From positions 59,520,001 through 59,584,000 of the forward strand of contig OZ024742.1 of NCBI GenBank assembly GCA_964016885.1: a stretch of 64,000 bases of DNA. Direction: 5' to 3'. Below are positions 53,590 through 64,000 of this stretch, piece by piece. The number at the start of each line of letters is the position of its first letter. Position 1 is the stretch's first letter. The stretch comes from Eledone cirrhosa. Its lineage: Eukaryota. Position numbers and translations under genes: made by a program. The notes under the pieces are model-generated. The model was not told the DNA's origin. It made no database searches and worked only from the letters and a program-made list of their open reading frames with translations.

Positions 53590-54360
53590 GGTTTCATCGC
53601 CTTGTGTGCATCTTGAACGGGCGCGGCTGACGTCATTTCCATGCCTATAGAGTTTATCGGGAACTGGCAGCGCTTCCTGGTAGCACTGATAGATCAGGAA
53701 TTTCTAGAAAGCCCTCCGGTAATGAATGGCTAATTGATTTTCGTCGATGTCCAGAGTTTCCCTAAGAACGTCATCGCTTTTACCCGCCATTAATAATTAT
53801 AGAACGCTGAAGTGATGTTTGCACCGATCATTTTGCTCGATTGGAAAAGAGCTGTGAGCGCTTGAAGATATTCCATTTTCCAAGCGCTCTCTCTCGGTTT
53901 TCGATTGACACAGTACTTCAGCTTTGTCAGGGAGACAAACTGGGAAAAAACGCGTCTAGAAAAGACCGTCCGAATCTGTTCATTGAAGAAAAGCTGGAAG
54001 ATCAGCCACAACATACCCAGTTCTCTAGGCTACGAGTGTTGACAGCAGATGGATCGCCTAACCATCGGAACGTAACTTTTCCATAAAAACCGGCGGTAGT
54101 AAATGAAGAATGCGATGTACACATTCACCAGCTCTGTTCAATGCTTGAGGGATAGCTTGCTCTCAGGTCATTTCAGGGTAAGAGTGTACACCCTGTTTGT
54201 TACATCGTCCCAGATTTCGATCATTTTGAGGTCTGGACCAAACTAGATCCTAAGTTATTTAACAGGTCCCTCCGTCATGCACCTGGTGAGGCTGTTGGAT
54301 GACATGGAACTACGTCTACATATGTTTTTCTTGTTAATGTTCACTTCTGTCACCACCTTG
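53590..54360 (-). mobile_element. Second, older copy of the Tx1-like LINE (RT C-terminal region)
   Basis: MSSNSLTRCMTEGPVK*LRI*FGPDL matches MLSNSVVGRWTDGPVKLLGIWFGPDL; VFSQFVSLTKL..RKPRESAWKMEYLQAL matches the first copy. Confidence 0.88.
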
Positions 54361-54617
54361 TACTCCCTGTGATATGTATATAAATAATCCTGAGATACTT
54401 CCTGCTTGAGTAAAAAAACCACGTGTGGTCTTAATGCATCCATCCCTCCGTAGTATATCTGAAGTATATTAATCGTATGCGCACCTCTTTAGCCCTTTAA
54501 AGCTTTTGGGATCCATTCTCCTCCATGGCTGATGACATCCGATTTCTTTCAGTGAGAGGTAGAGAGAGAAGGGGAGTGAGAAAGATGAAGTAACAAGAAT
54601 ATATGGAGGAATAAGTG

Positions 54618-54750
54618 ATCCCAGTACTGAACTGGCCTCAATTTATTGACCTCGCAAGGATTAAATCCCAAGCTGATCATGACGATATTTGATCTCAGAA
54701 CAAATGCCGTAAAGTTTATTGTTCGACGTTCTAGGGATTCTGCCACACAA
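54618..54750 (-). mobile_element. SINE family A
   Basis: CCCAGTACTGAACTGG..ATTTATTGACCTC..ATTTGATCTCAGAAC..GATTCTGCCA. Confidence 0.7.
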
Positions 54751-55529
54751 CTGCCCATAGCTTCTTTTATTGGGCGAAATTCCACTTCCTTTTAGAAATA
54801 GCAGCTAAATTCTTTCAAACCTCAATAATTCAGAACTGGATAATATAAACCTAAATTTAAAATACTGTATAATTTCTTACAGAACGCATTTGATAATAAC
54901 TCTATTGGATCAAAGCTAACCTGGAATATTCAACTACATCTTATTACATTACAATTCTGTAACGCTATAATATAAAGAACAAACAATAAGATGACTAAGA
55001 GTTAAACTAAAGTAAAGTTAGAGACTGATATTGAAACCGCATCTACACTTTATTACGTTGAAAATGAACACGTTAAAAATACCGACTTTGCAAAAGAAAA
55101 TTATTCCATAAGAATTTGAACTTATCCGCGTGAAAAGACAATTTTAAACTTGGCTTATAAATAAGGGAGTTTATTCCAGCTTTATTGTAGTATATCACAC
55201 AGCAGAATGGAGAAGGCAACGGCGGATAACGAAACGAGCGCTGGTCGTAGGTTTAGTTTTAATTTTCAACGTTTCTGTGAAGTTTACCGTCGGATAACTT
55301 CGTAGAGTATTTTTATCTATTAATTCATCTTGCGTTTTAAATTGTTAATTATTTTACCAAAGAATTTCTTTTTATTTTATTTTTGGGCATTTTAATATAT
55401 TACATACTTTAAGCATTTAGTTAAATTTTAATACGTTTTAAATTTTGCGCCTGTTTTAATCATTTTAATTAGTCGGTATATATTATTGTTAGTTTATTTG
55501 CAGTGTGATATTTCTGTGATAAGTTGGTT

Positions 55530-56160
55530 TGTTAGTGTACTGTCTCATGTCTTTAGTTGGGAATTATTGGAATTGTATAGAATGTACATAGTTTAACGGG
55601 TATTTTTGTGTAGCCTTTCATGGGATATTTTAGCTTAGTGTTTAGTTGGGGTCATTGTGTGTCGTCTTTAGTCAGAATTCTTGTATCTGGGTAATGTTTC
55701 GTTGGGAATTTGTGTTTAGTGTTTATTCGGGATTGTCTGTGTAGAGCTTAGTTGGGTATTTGTATGAAGTGTTTAGTCAAGTTTACAGCATCTGTGTAGT
55801 GTTTAGTCGGGATAACTATTACGTGTGTGTGTGTATATTATCTAGTTCAGATTGCTGTATTTAATGGGAGATTACTATGATTATATATTGTAGTGTTTAG
55901 TAGGGGATTCCTGTATGTGTAGTGTTTAGTTGGAATTAGTGTTTCTGTATTTAGTAGGATAACGGTTTAGTTGGGATTGCTGTGTTTAGTGGGGGGGTTT
56001 CTATATTTATATTGTTGGGTGTTGTCTGTGTAGTATTTACTTGGGGATTTGTGTGTGATGTTTAATCGGAATTAGTGTTTAGTTGGGATTACTGTGTAGT
56101 TTTTAGTGGGATAACTGTTTAGTTGGGTATTAGTGTGTAGTGTTTAGTCTGGGATTATAT
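55530..56160 (+). repeat. Degenerate GT-rich minisatellite (motif TGTGTAGTGTTTAGTTGGGATT)
   Basis: Many variable copies of GTGTTTAGT(T/C)GGGA(T). Confidence 0.75.
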
Positions 56161-58012
56161 TGTGCATTGAATTTGTCTTGTTTGCGGATTCGTGTGAGGG
56201 ATCTGTCGTACCTCGTGTAGTTTTAATTTGTGTGCCCTGTAATGTTTTAGTCTTTTTTTAATTAAGATTTTAAATATATTTTATCGATTAAGATGCTAGC
56301 ATTTCATTAATTAATAGCGCATCTTTCATTTTGTCTCGTTATTTGCCTTTTTTATTGTGCTGCTATATATGCTACCAGCTGCCTTGTGAGGTATGGGTGT
56401 AGTTTTCTAAACTAATTCCTGCCTCGCCGTGCTATATAAACTCCGTTGTATAATATATAAAATGTCCTTTTTCCTGTGACATTTTTAAATACGCGGTACA
56501 CATTTTTAATTATCAATGATTCAAATTTAAATCTCACAATTGTCTAATAATTCATTTTTTTCTATTGTCGAAGAGCTAAATCTGTGTGTGTGAAAGTGCC
56601 TCTGTAGATCTATATTTCAATGAGAAGGCATTAATAGGCCGGAATCTATTGTAAATGTTCACTCGATGCACAATGCAGTGGGGAAGAATTCACAACCACA
56701 TGGTTTCAAAACAAACACCTTACCCACGAAACCATGCTTATGATTTTATTTTTTCAAAAAACAAAACAAAACAAAACGAGTTATGTAAAGGATATGTCTC
56801 CTGCAACATAGACCAATATGAGAACCTTTTACGATAAAGAAACATCACAACTAAATCTAATTGGAGTCTTTCAGCAAAGTATGCTGGTAGTCAGAGGTGG
56901 AGTCTCTCTGAGGCAGCAATCACTAACATTCGACTTAGAAAGGCGAGTGTAGAAAAAATGACAAAAATAAAAAGTTCTTTATTTACAAAAGAAAAAAGCG
57001 GTTTATCAGCGATACAGGAACTCTTCGGAAAACGAACATTGTATTAACAATCCTACAGGTAAAATATCAGTTTTAAACACTATTCGTTAACCCTTAATTT
57101 CTATCCCAATAATACAGTTTTCAATAACTGTTTCAAAGGGTTGAATAAAATATTAGAAATAAAATCTAAATTAACTGATCAAACTGGACCAAATATATAT
57201 TCGTAATTATTAAATAGTTTTCGAAAACAATGATATTAATACAACTGATATTAGTTCCCATATAATGTATAGCTAAGAGGAAGTGCCTCCTAGGTCAGGT
57301 GGCACGTCCATCGCCAGTTTTTTGTCGTTAGATGGAGACTAATATATTCTTTCGAATAAGCCCCTCTACCTAAAGCCTGAATGCATCCCTCTTTACTTCA
57401 CTCTACAGTCGATGTCGCACGTTTGTTATTATTGAATCTAACCATTACGCACCAGTCACCCATTTGGTGTAGACTTGGCTTTAGAGGAGGCTCTTACTAG
57501 TTTCGTAACTACTTGACTCATTTGCGAGTTTTCTTGAGAGCTAAGTGTTCAGTTATTGCACTACCTCCCCTAGTAGCTTACACTTGTTTGGTCCGTGGTT
57601 GCCTATTTATCCGGCAGAAATCCACTTATAATTAATTCACCATTATGTCTTGTGGCCATGTCGCTATCTGCCACCTGCGGCCTGGCCTGTTCTCTAGCAA
57701 AACGATTTCATATATTATCCATTTAAAAGAAGTCTATTTTGCCTTCCCTTTTAAATTAACTTGAAACACATTAAACACATTAAACACATAGCTAATTTTA
57801 TGCACAATTCTTTAGATGCCAGTATCGAATTTAGTATTTTCTTATCCAGGCTGGGATTACATGGTAATGTTAGCAATCCTCCAAACTATTGTAAAATGTC
57901 AATAACAAATGTATGCATGTATCCGTAACACCTTGTGCCATAGGTGCCTCATTATAATATACGGTGTTTATTGGGCACTGTAAACTTGGAGGACCCATCT
58001 CCACTCCAAGTC

Positions 58013-58059
<47 letters not shown>

Positions 58060-58419
58060 CCCCCAGAGCTGGAAGGATGCTGAAAGAAGTGAGAAATATC
58101 GAGGAATAATCGATCCTGGTACAGAACTGGTACTTTTGTATCCACCTCGAAAGGATGAAAGGTAAATTTGAATTCAGAACGCCGATTAAAGGTTAAAGGG
58201 TATTTAGTTATGAGGTTCAAATCCTACCCGGCTCAACATTGACTTCTTTAGGGCGTCAGACCCTGGACTGGATATACTTTAGTTAGATCCCCGTCACCCA
58301 AATATCCCGTGATTCTGCTTAAATTAGAAAGTTATCTACGCTAGTCGCTTTAACATGATTTGAAACCACTCGAGCATTCTTCATATTACTTTCTAATTTA
58401 GCTAAAATAAATGTTAAAA

Positions 58420-59850
58420 CTTGAAGTTACTCGTACTTCTATAGTATTAAAGACGAGAAGCAAGTTTAGAAGCTTGAAGTTACTCGTACTTCTATAGTAT
58501 TAAAGACGAGAAGCAAGTTTAGAAGCTTGAAATTACTCGTACTTCTATAGTATTAAAGACGAGAAGCAAGTTTAGAAGCTTGAAGTTACTCGTACTTCTA
58601 TAGTATTAAAGACGAGAAGCAAGTTTAGAAGCTTGAAATTACTCTTACTTCTATAGTATTAAAGACGAGAAGCAAGTTTAGAAGCTTGAAGTTACTCGTA
58701 CTTCTATAGTATTAAAGACGAGAAGCAAGTTTAGAAGCTTGAAGTTACTCGTACTTCTATAGTATTAAAGACGAGAAGCAAGTTTAGAAGCTTGAAATTA
58801 CTCGTACTTCTATAGTATTAAAGACGAGAAGCAAGTTTAGAAGCTTGAAGTTACTCGTACTTCTATAGTATTAAAGACGAGAAGCAAGTTTAGAAGCTTG
58901 AAGTTACTCGTACTTCTATAGTATTAAAGACGAGAAGCAAGTTTAGAAGCTTGAAGTTACTCGTACTTCTATAGTATTAAAGACGAGAAGCAAGTTTAGA
59001 AGCTTGAAGTTACTCGTACTTCTATAGTATTAAAGACGAGAAGCAAGTTTAGAAGCTTGAAGTTACTCGTACTTCTATAGTATTAAAGACGAGAAGCAAG
59101 TTTAGAAGCTTGAAGTTACTCGTACTTCTATAGTATTAAAGACGAGAAGCAAGTTTAGAAGCTTGAAGTTACTCGTACTTCTATAGTATTAAAGACGAGA
59201 AGCAAGTTTAGAAGCTTGAAGTTACTCGTACTTCTATAGTATTAAAGACGAGAAGCAAGTTTAGAAGCTTGAAGTTACTCGTACTTCTATAGTATTAAAG
59301 ACGAGAAGCAAGTTTAGAAGCTTGAAGTTACTCGTACTTCTATAGTATTAAAGACGAGAAGCAAGTTTAGAAGCTTGAAGTTACTCGTACTTCTATAGTA
59401 TTAAAGACGAGAAGCAAGTTTAGAAGCTTGAAGTTACTCGTACTTCTATAGTATTAAAGACGAGAAGCAAGTTTAGAAGCTTGAAATTACTCGTACTTCT
59501 ATAGTATTAAAGACGAGAAGCAAGTTTAGAAGCTTGAAGTTACTCGTACTTCTATAGTATTAAAGACGAGAAGCAAGTTTAGAAGCTTGAAATTACTCGT
59601 ACTTCTATAGTATTAAAGACGAGAAGCAAGTTTAGAAGCTTGAAGTTACTCGTACTTCTATAGTATTAAAGACGAGAAGCAAGTTTAGAAGCTTGAAGTT
59701 ACTCGTACTTCTATAGTATTAAAGACGAGAAGCAAGTTTAGAAGCTTGAAATTACTCGTACTTCTATAGTATTAAAGACGAGAAGCAAGTTTAGAAGTTT
59801 GAAATTACTCGTACTTCTATAGTATTAAAGACGAGAAGCAAGTTTAGAAG
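58420..59850 (+). repeat. 53-bp tandem minisatellite, 27 near-identical copies
   Basis: Unit CTTGAAGTTACTCGTACTTCTATAGTATTAAAGACGAGAAGCAAGTTTAGAAG; 1431 bp = 27x53; no spacers. Confidence 0.97.
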
Positions 59851-60269
59851 CTAGTTTGAAAAATGTTTATAAATTATTCACAACGTTGTATTGTCTAAAG
59901 TCCCAATAACATTTATGCTTTAGGAAAGTGTTTATTTTGTATTGTACATCAGGCGTAATATGAAACAAGGTAAGTTTCCATCCAAGCCCCTACCCCCCCC
60001 CCGTTGATTTGAAGTTGATTACAACCTACCCACTGCTACAGTGAACGTTTTCAAGTTACCCACAGTTAAGTTGAAATGTGGGTAAATGAAATCGTTACAG
60101 AGGGAACATTTTTAGATTGAGTTGCTAAGACTTACTTTTACACATTTAATATCAAATCGTTTGAAACCGCTCCTAGATTTACCATGTGTGGATCTGTAAT
60201 TATTAATGGAGTTGTAGAGGCACCGTTGTGACACGCACCGGTGTCTGGGGGAAGGACTCCTGAACTGAA

Positions 60270-60410
60270 CTGCTACTTTTTATCGACCTCAAAAGAATGA
60301 TAGGCAATGTTGACCTCGGCAGGATTTGAACTCGGAGCGGATAGAGCCGGAACAAATATCGCAAAGTATTTTATGCAACATTCTAAAGGTTGTCAACGTG
60401 CCACCTATAT
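60270..60410 (-). mobile_element. SINE family A
   Basis: TTTTATCGACCTC..ATGATAGGCAATGTTGACCTCGGCAGGATTTGAACTCGGAGC..GAGCCGGAACAAATA. Confidence 0.75.
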
Positions 60411-60701
60411 TCATCCAATATGAAGTTATTTTAAAGGGTTGATATTCGTCTAGTCTTTCCCATCTGAATTTTATGTACGTATCTTTGTTTCAAATATTTA
60501 CTTCATAATGGGTTAGTTCTTTTACAAAATATCTTTAAATTCCTGATTAATTCCAAATGTATTTTAACATTATATACAGTACTCTTCAATAGAAATGAGG
60601 TAACAAAAGGATTAACATTTCTAATGAAATAACGGCCTAAAATTAATACATAAAAAAAAGAAATTCAATTGCTTTAAGAATGATACACAAGTTACCAAGT
60701 A

Positions 60702-60999
60702 CAGTGAAACCTCAGTTCATGAACGTCTTTTATCACGAACAAATTGGTTCACAAAAAAGTTTCCGAACATTAAACGTTTCGCTTGACGAACATAATCTCG
60801 AATGACGAATCGCAAGTTGGCAACAGTTGGGCGACAAGCTTGTAATTTCAGCAGTAAAGCATCACTTGCTGTGTAGCTACTATATCTCTATCACACTATT
60901 TCTCTCACATTTCGTATGGGAAAAATTTCCGTTTACGAATATTTCGAGTGACGTCGGCCCCTCAGGAACGAATTGAGTTCGTGCACCGAAGTTCCACTC
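60702..60999. mobile_element. Tigger/pogo-like (Tc1/mariner superfamily) MITE
   Basis: Imperfect TIRs CAGTGAAACCTCAGTTCATGAAC / GTTCGTGCACCGAAGTTCCACTC, flanked by TA on both sides. Confidence 0.72.
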
Positions 61000-61904
61000 T
61001 AGTTAAAAACTTGCTATTATTTGACATGAATTGTCAATCGAAATGAAATCGTGTTGCATATATTCAATTCTCACGCAAATGATATGCCACAATTATCGCA
61101 GTTTTCCAGTTTACTTTGAAGAGAATGTATCTTTCATAACGTTAAATGAGTTGCGAGCAAATTTCAAAGACCTTCTGGCAAGCTGTGTTGTAATTTTAAT
61201 ATATGAATATATATCATTCTTCATAGAATTAGTCGTTATCGCCTGTTATCATTGTAGGTGAGCGTTAACGAAATTACTTCCAAGTAGAAAGTTGGCACGT
61301 ATTAGTATTTTTTAGACAGTTAATTTTCAGGACACATCATGTCATTGTTAACTTGGATGTATAGTAGAAAGGAACTCACATGAACTTAGCGACATTCCTT
61401 TGCACTGAATCGCTTTTAAGTCTTGCACAATCACCAACTTTTGATGTTCCGTCATTAGAACTTGTGTATTCTTTTTTATTGCTACATAAATCTGTTTGTG
61501 CGTGCATATAAGCAACTATTTCAGAGGTATGTATTAGTAAGTAAAAGTATTGATGTCAAGAGTTGCATTAGATTACTAGAAATTTGGGTATTTCATATTT
61601 AAGTCCACTTTAATTAATGTACAGATATACTCATAGTTAGCCATGTAGGATAGGATTGAATTCTAGAGATACATGGTTACAGTCATGATATACTATGAGA
61701 AAGAGAATATAAAGGGCTTCTGAATTGGTTGCTAAAGGCAGTACATTGAGGAGACGACCCAAATTTCAACATTAGTCTTGTTAGTTACGGTATTTGGCAG
61801 GTAATTCAAAGTTCTTCAATCTCTCGATCACCTTTATGAAAATTACTATTTAGTTGCAGCACTTTTGAAGGCTTATAAATTCTTTCATTTATTCTTGTAA
61901 GGCA

Positions 61905-62015
61905 TTCCGCTAACCCACTATATTGGTAATAGTTTTCAACTGGAAAAATATGAAAGGTCAGGGTTATTTCGGTGAAATTTGAACCCTGAGCGCAGAGAGC
62001 CGAAGCAAATACCAT
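61905..62015 (-). mobile_element. SINE family A (diverged)
   Basis: ATGAAAGGTCAGGGTTATTTCGGTGAAATTTGAACCCTGAGCGCAGAGAGCCGAAGCAAATACC. Confidence 0.65.
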
Positions 62016-64000
62016 AAGGTCTGGGTTTAAACCTATGTTTATCCACAGATCAACTGATCAGTTACACTTATTAGCAAATATCTTTTGCTATCTTATATTT
62101 TGTCTTATTTAACAGTGAACTGTGACTATTGTAGCGTATATTAAATTCCTATGCATGTTAATTCACGATTGCAATATTTAATTTTGTTTACTCAATTTGA
62201 TTTTGAGCTCTTATAAGAGCATTATCTTCAATTTCCCGATTCTGTGCCAAAGAAAATAATGAAAATGTCTTAGTTGCCCTATTTTAATGTTTAGCAGGAA
62301 ATACTCAAATTTATTGATAAAGCAATATATCGATTCGAAATTCATTATTCATCTGAAGCTGCTGAATAAAACTAACCAGTTATTTAACACTAAATATTGG
62401 TTAAGTTGTATGATTATCAATATTATCTGAATAGTGGTGGTACAGGCTGAATTTATAAAAAACTGGACAAAAAAAAAAAACGCACGGCATGTATGTACTG
62501 CCTTCTACTCTTGGCATTTTCACGAAATAAGTGAATATAACAGTGTATCTTTAATGTCAGCCATGTCTGAATGGTAAGGTAAATGGTGTTTTAGCTTTCA
62601 ATGATCTGTGAATCAAGTCGAGATCAACTTTGCCGTTCTCCCTGTCGAGTCGATAATAAAGTACCAGTCCAGCACTGGGGTTGCTTGTCTTTCCTATTTC
62701 TCTCACTATCACTTTATGGTATTTCTAGAATTCCATCTGGAAATGTGCGTCTATGCATGCATGTATGTAGACCACAGAAATACAAAAGTGATGGCACTAA
62801 ATGTTTCAATGGTGACCTGCATAAAGAAGAATCGGTTAGTCAATGTTTAATCATCTTCGTTTCCCTGCTGTCATTACTGAAACAATGTCTGCCACCAAAA
62901 GAATTGTCTTCAAGCCATATATTATTGCTTACACAAGACGTTATCGTAGATATACATATCTCATTGAGGTTGAAAAAGTCTTGTGTATATATGTATGTGT
63001 ATATTGTGAGATGTCTTTAAATAAGTTTATACTATCTAAGGTTTCATTGATGTAATACCATGCAGAGTGTCGTTATATAGAGGTTCATAAGACCTATTTC
63101 GTGGCAGCAAATTTATTTGAAATAGTAAATATCATAGAAATGAAACAGCTCAGGGAAGTCTATTCTTTGATCGAATATACATTCCATTATTCATAATCCC
63201 CCCCCCCCCCCGTGTCACTATTAAGTCAATCATAGCGTGCTTTCTCGTTCAAAATATTCAATTAAATTAATATATATATAAATTTACTTTATAAATTACT
63301 TCCCCCTTAAACTAGGAACTCTCCTGTTTTCTCCTACTGGAAGTTCTCTTTTCGTTAAAATACTGCAGGTTGAATAAGAAAAGTTCGTTCAACGAAACGC
63401 GTGATTCTGCGTTTCTCCGTGTTATGTCTTCGTTGTAGTATCGGATTTCATAATATATTGAAAACTCGTCCTGTGGGGTGCTTTACCCATTGGATATCTT
63501 TATCTAACCGTTACTATAAGACTGTTTTCCTGGAAATCGTACTGAAGATTCTTCTCGCATCACACACGCGGGAGTTTGGTAACGCTCTTTAGCCGGTCGA
63601 ACGTTTTTTTTTTTTAATCCATGTAAACTGTGTATCGGGAACCCAACCACCTAAGAGGGCCCTGCGAGAGATTGATTATTCCCTAAAAGACATTCCCACT
63701 CCTTCTAATGAAACTTATTCAAAGCTCCATTTTTAATGGTTTGATGTGGTCTCTGAAATAGTGGGCATCGACTTTCGAAGGGAAATTATCTGGTACTCTT
63801 AATACTTTCAACCTACAACTTAGGAATTATCCGCCCAGGGTAAACAGACGCGTACCCTTCAAAACTCATCTTCTAAATCTAGTAAAAAATATTCCCTTTC
63901 TCAAACATTCTAACCCCTTTCAGAACAAAGTAGGGTCTTTAAAACATTAATCACCTCTAATAAGCACTTCGTCCTATCCGATAATACAAACATACTACGA

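Noticed and set aside
58420-59850. CRISPR array
   Set aside because: Units are contiguous and near-identical with no unique spacers; no cas genes; eukaryotic context.
63370-63610. CpG-richer segment with ORF 63401..63592
   Set aside because: No recognisable domain or boundaries; could be a promoter or transposon relic but cannot be supported.

Overview
Eukaryotic, AT-rich, repeat-dense window with no host protein-coding gene I can support. The (TA)n/(CA)n density and tRNA-derived SINE types suggest a cephalopod (Octopus-like) genome; this is inference. Mobile elements: a near-full-length degenerate Tx1/L1-clade LINE (1-4590) and a second copy (53590-54360), two 5'-truncated Penelope-like elements (PLEs; RT+GIY-YIG), RTE and RLE-type LINE relics, Helitron pieces including a Pif1 helicase C-terminus, a Tigger/pogo-like MITE, many SINEs and a 27x53-bp tandem array. 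The main signal not visible in the ORF track is a dense set of type I hammerhead ribozymes (HHRs), found by eye in short modules embedded in (TA)n. Several carry an 80-115 nt stem-II domain, with compensatory base changes between copies. A 530-bp head-to-tail array has one HHR per unit plus an HHR-like motif on the opposite strand. Fold-back duplications of flanking DNA recur at the 5' junctions of PLE modules. Most long ORFs in the track are microsatellite translations. Boundaries of degenerate repeats are approximate.
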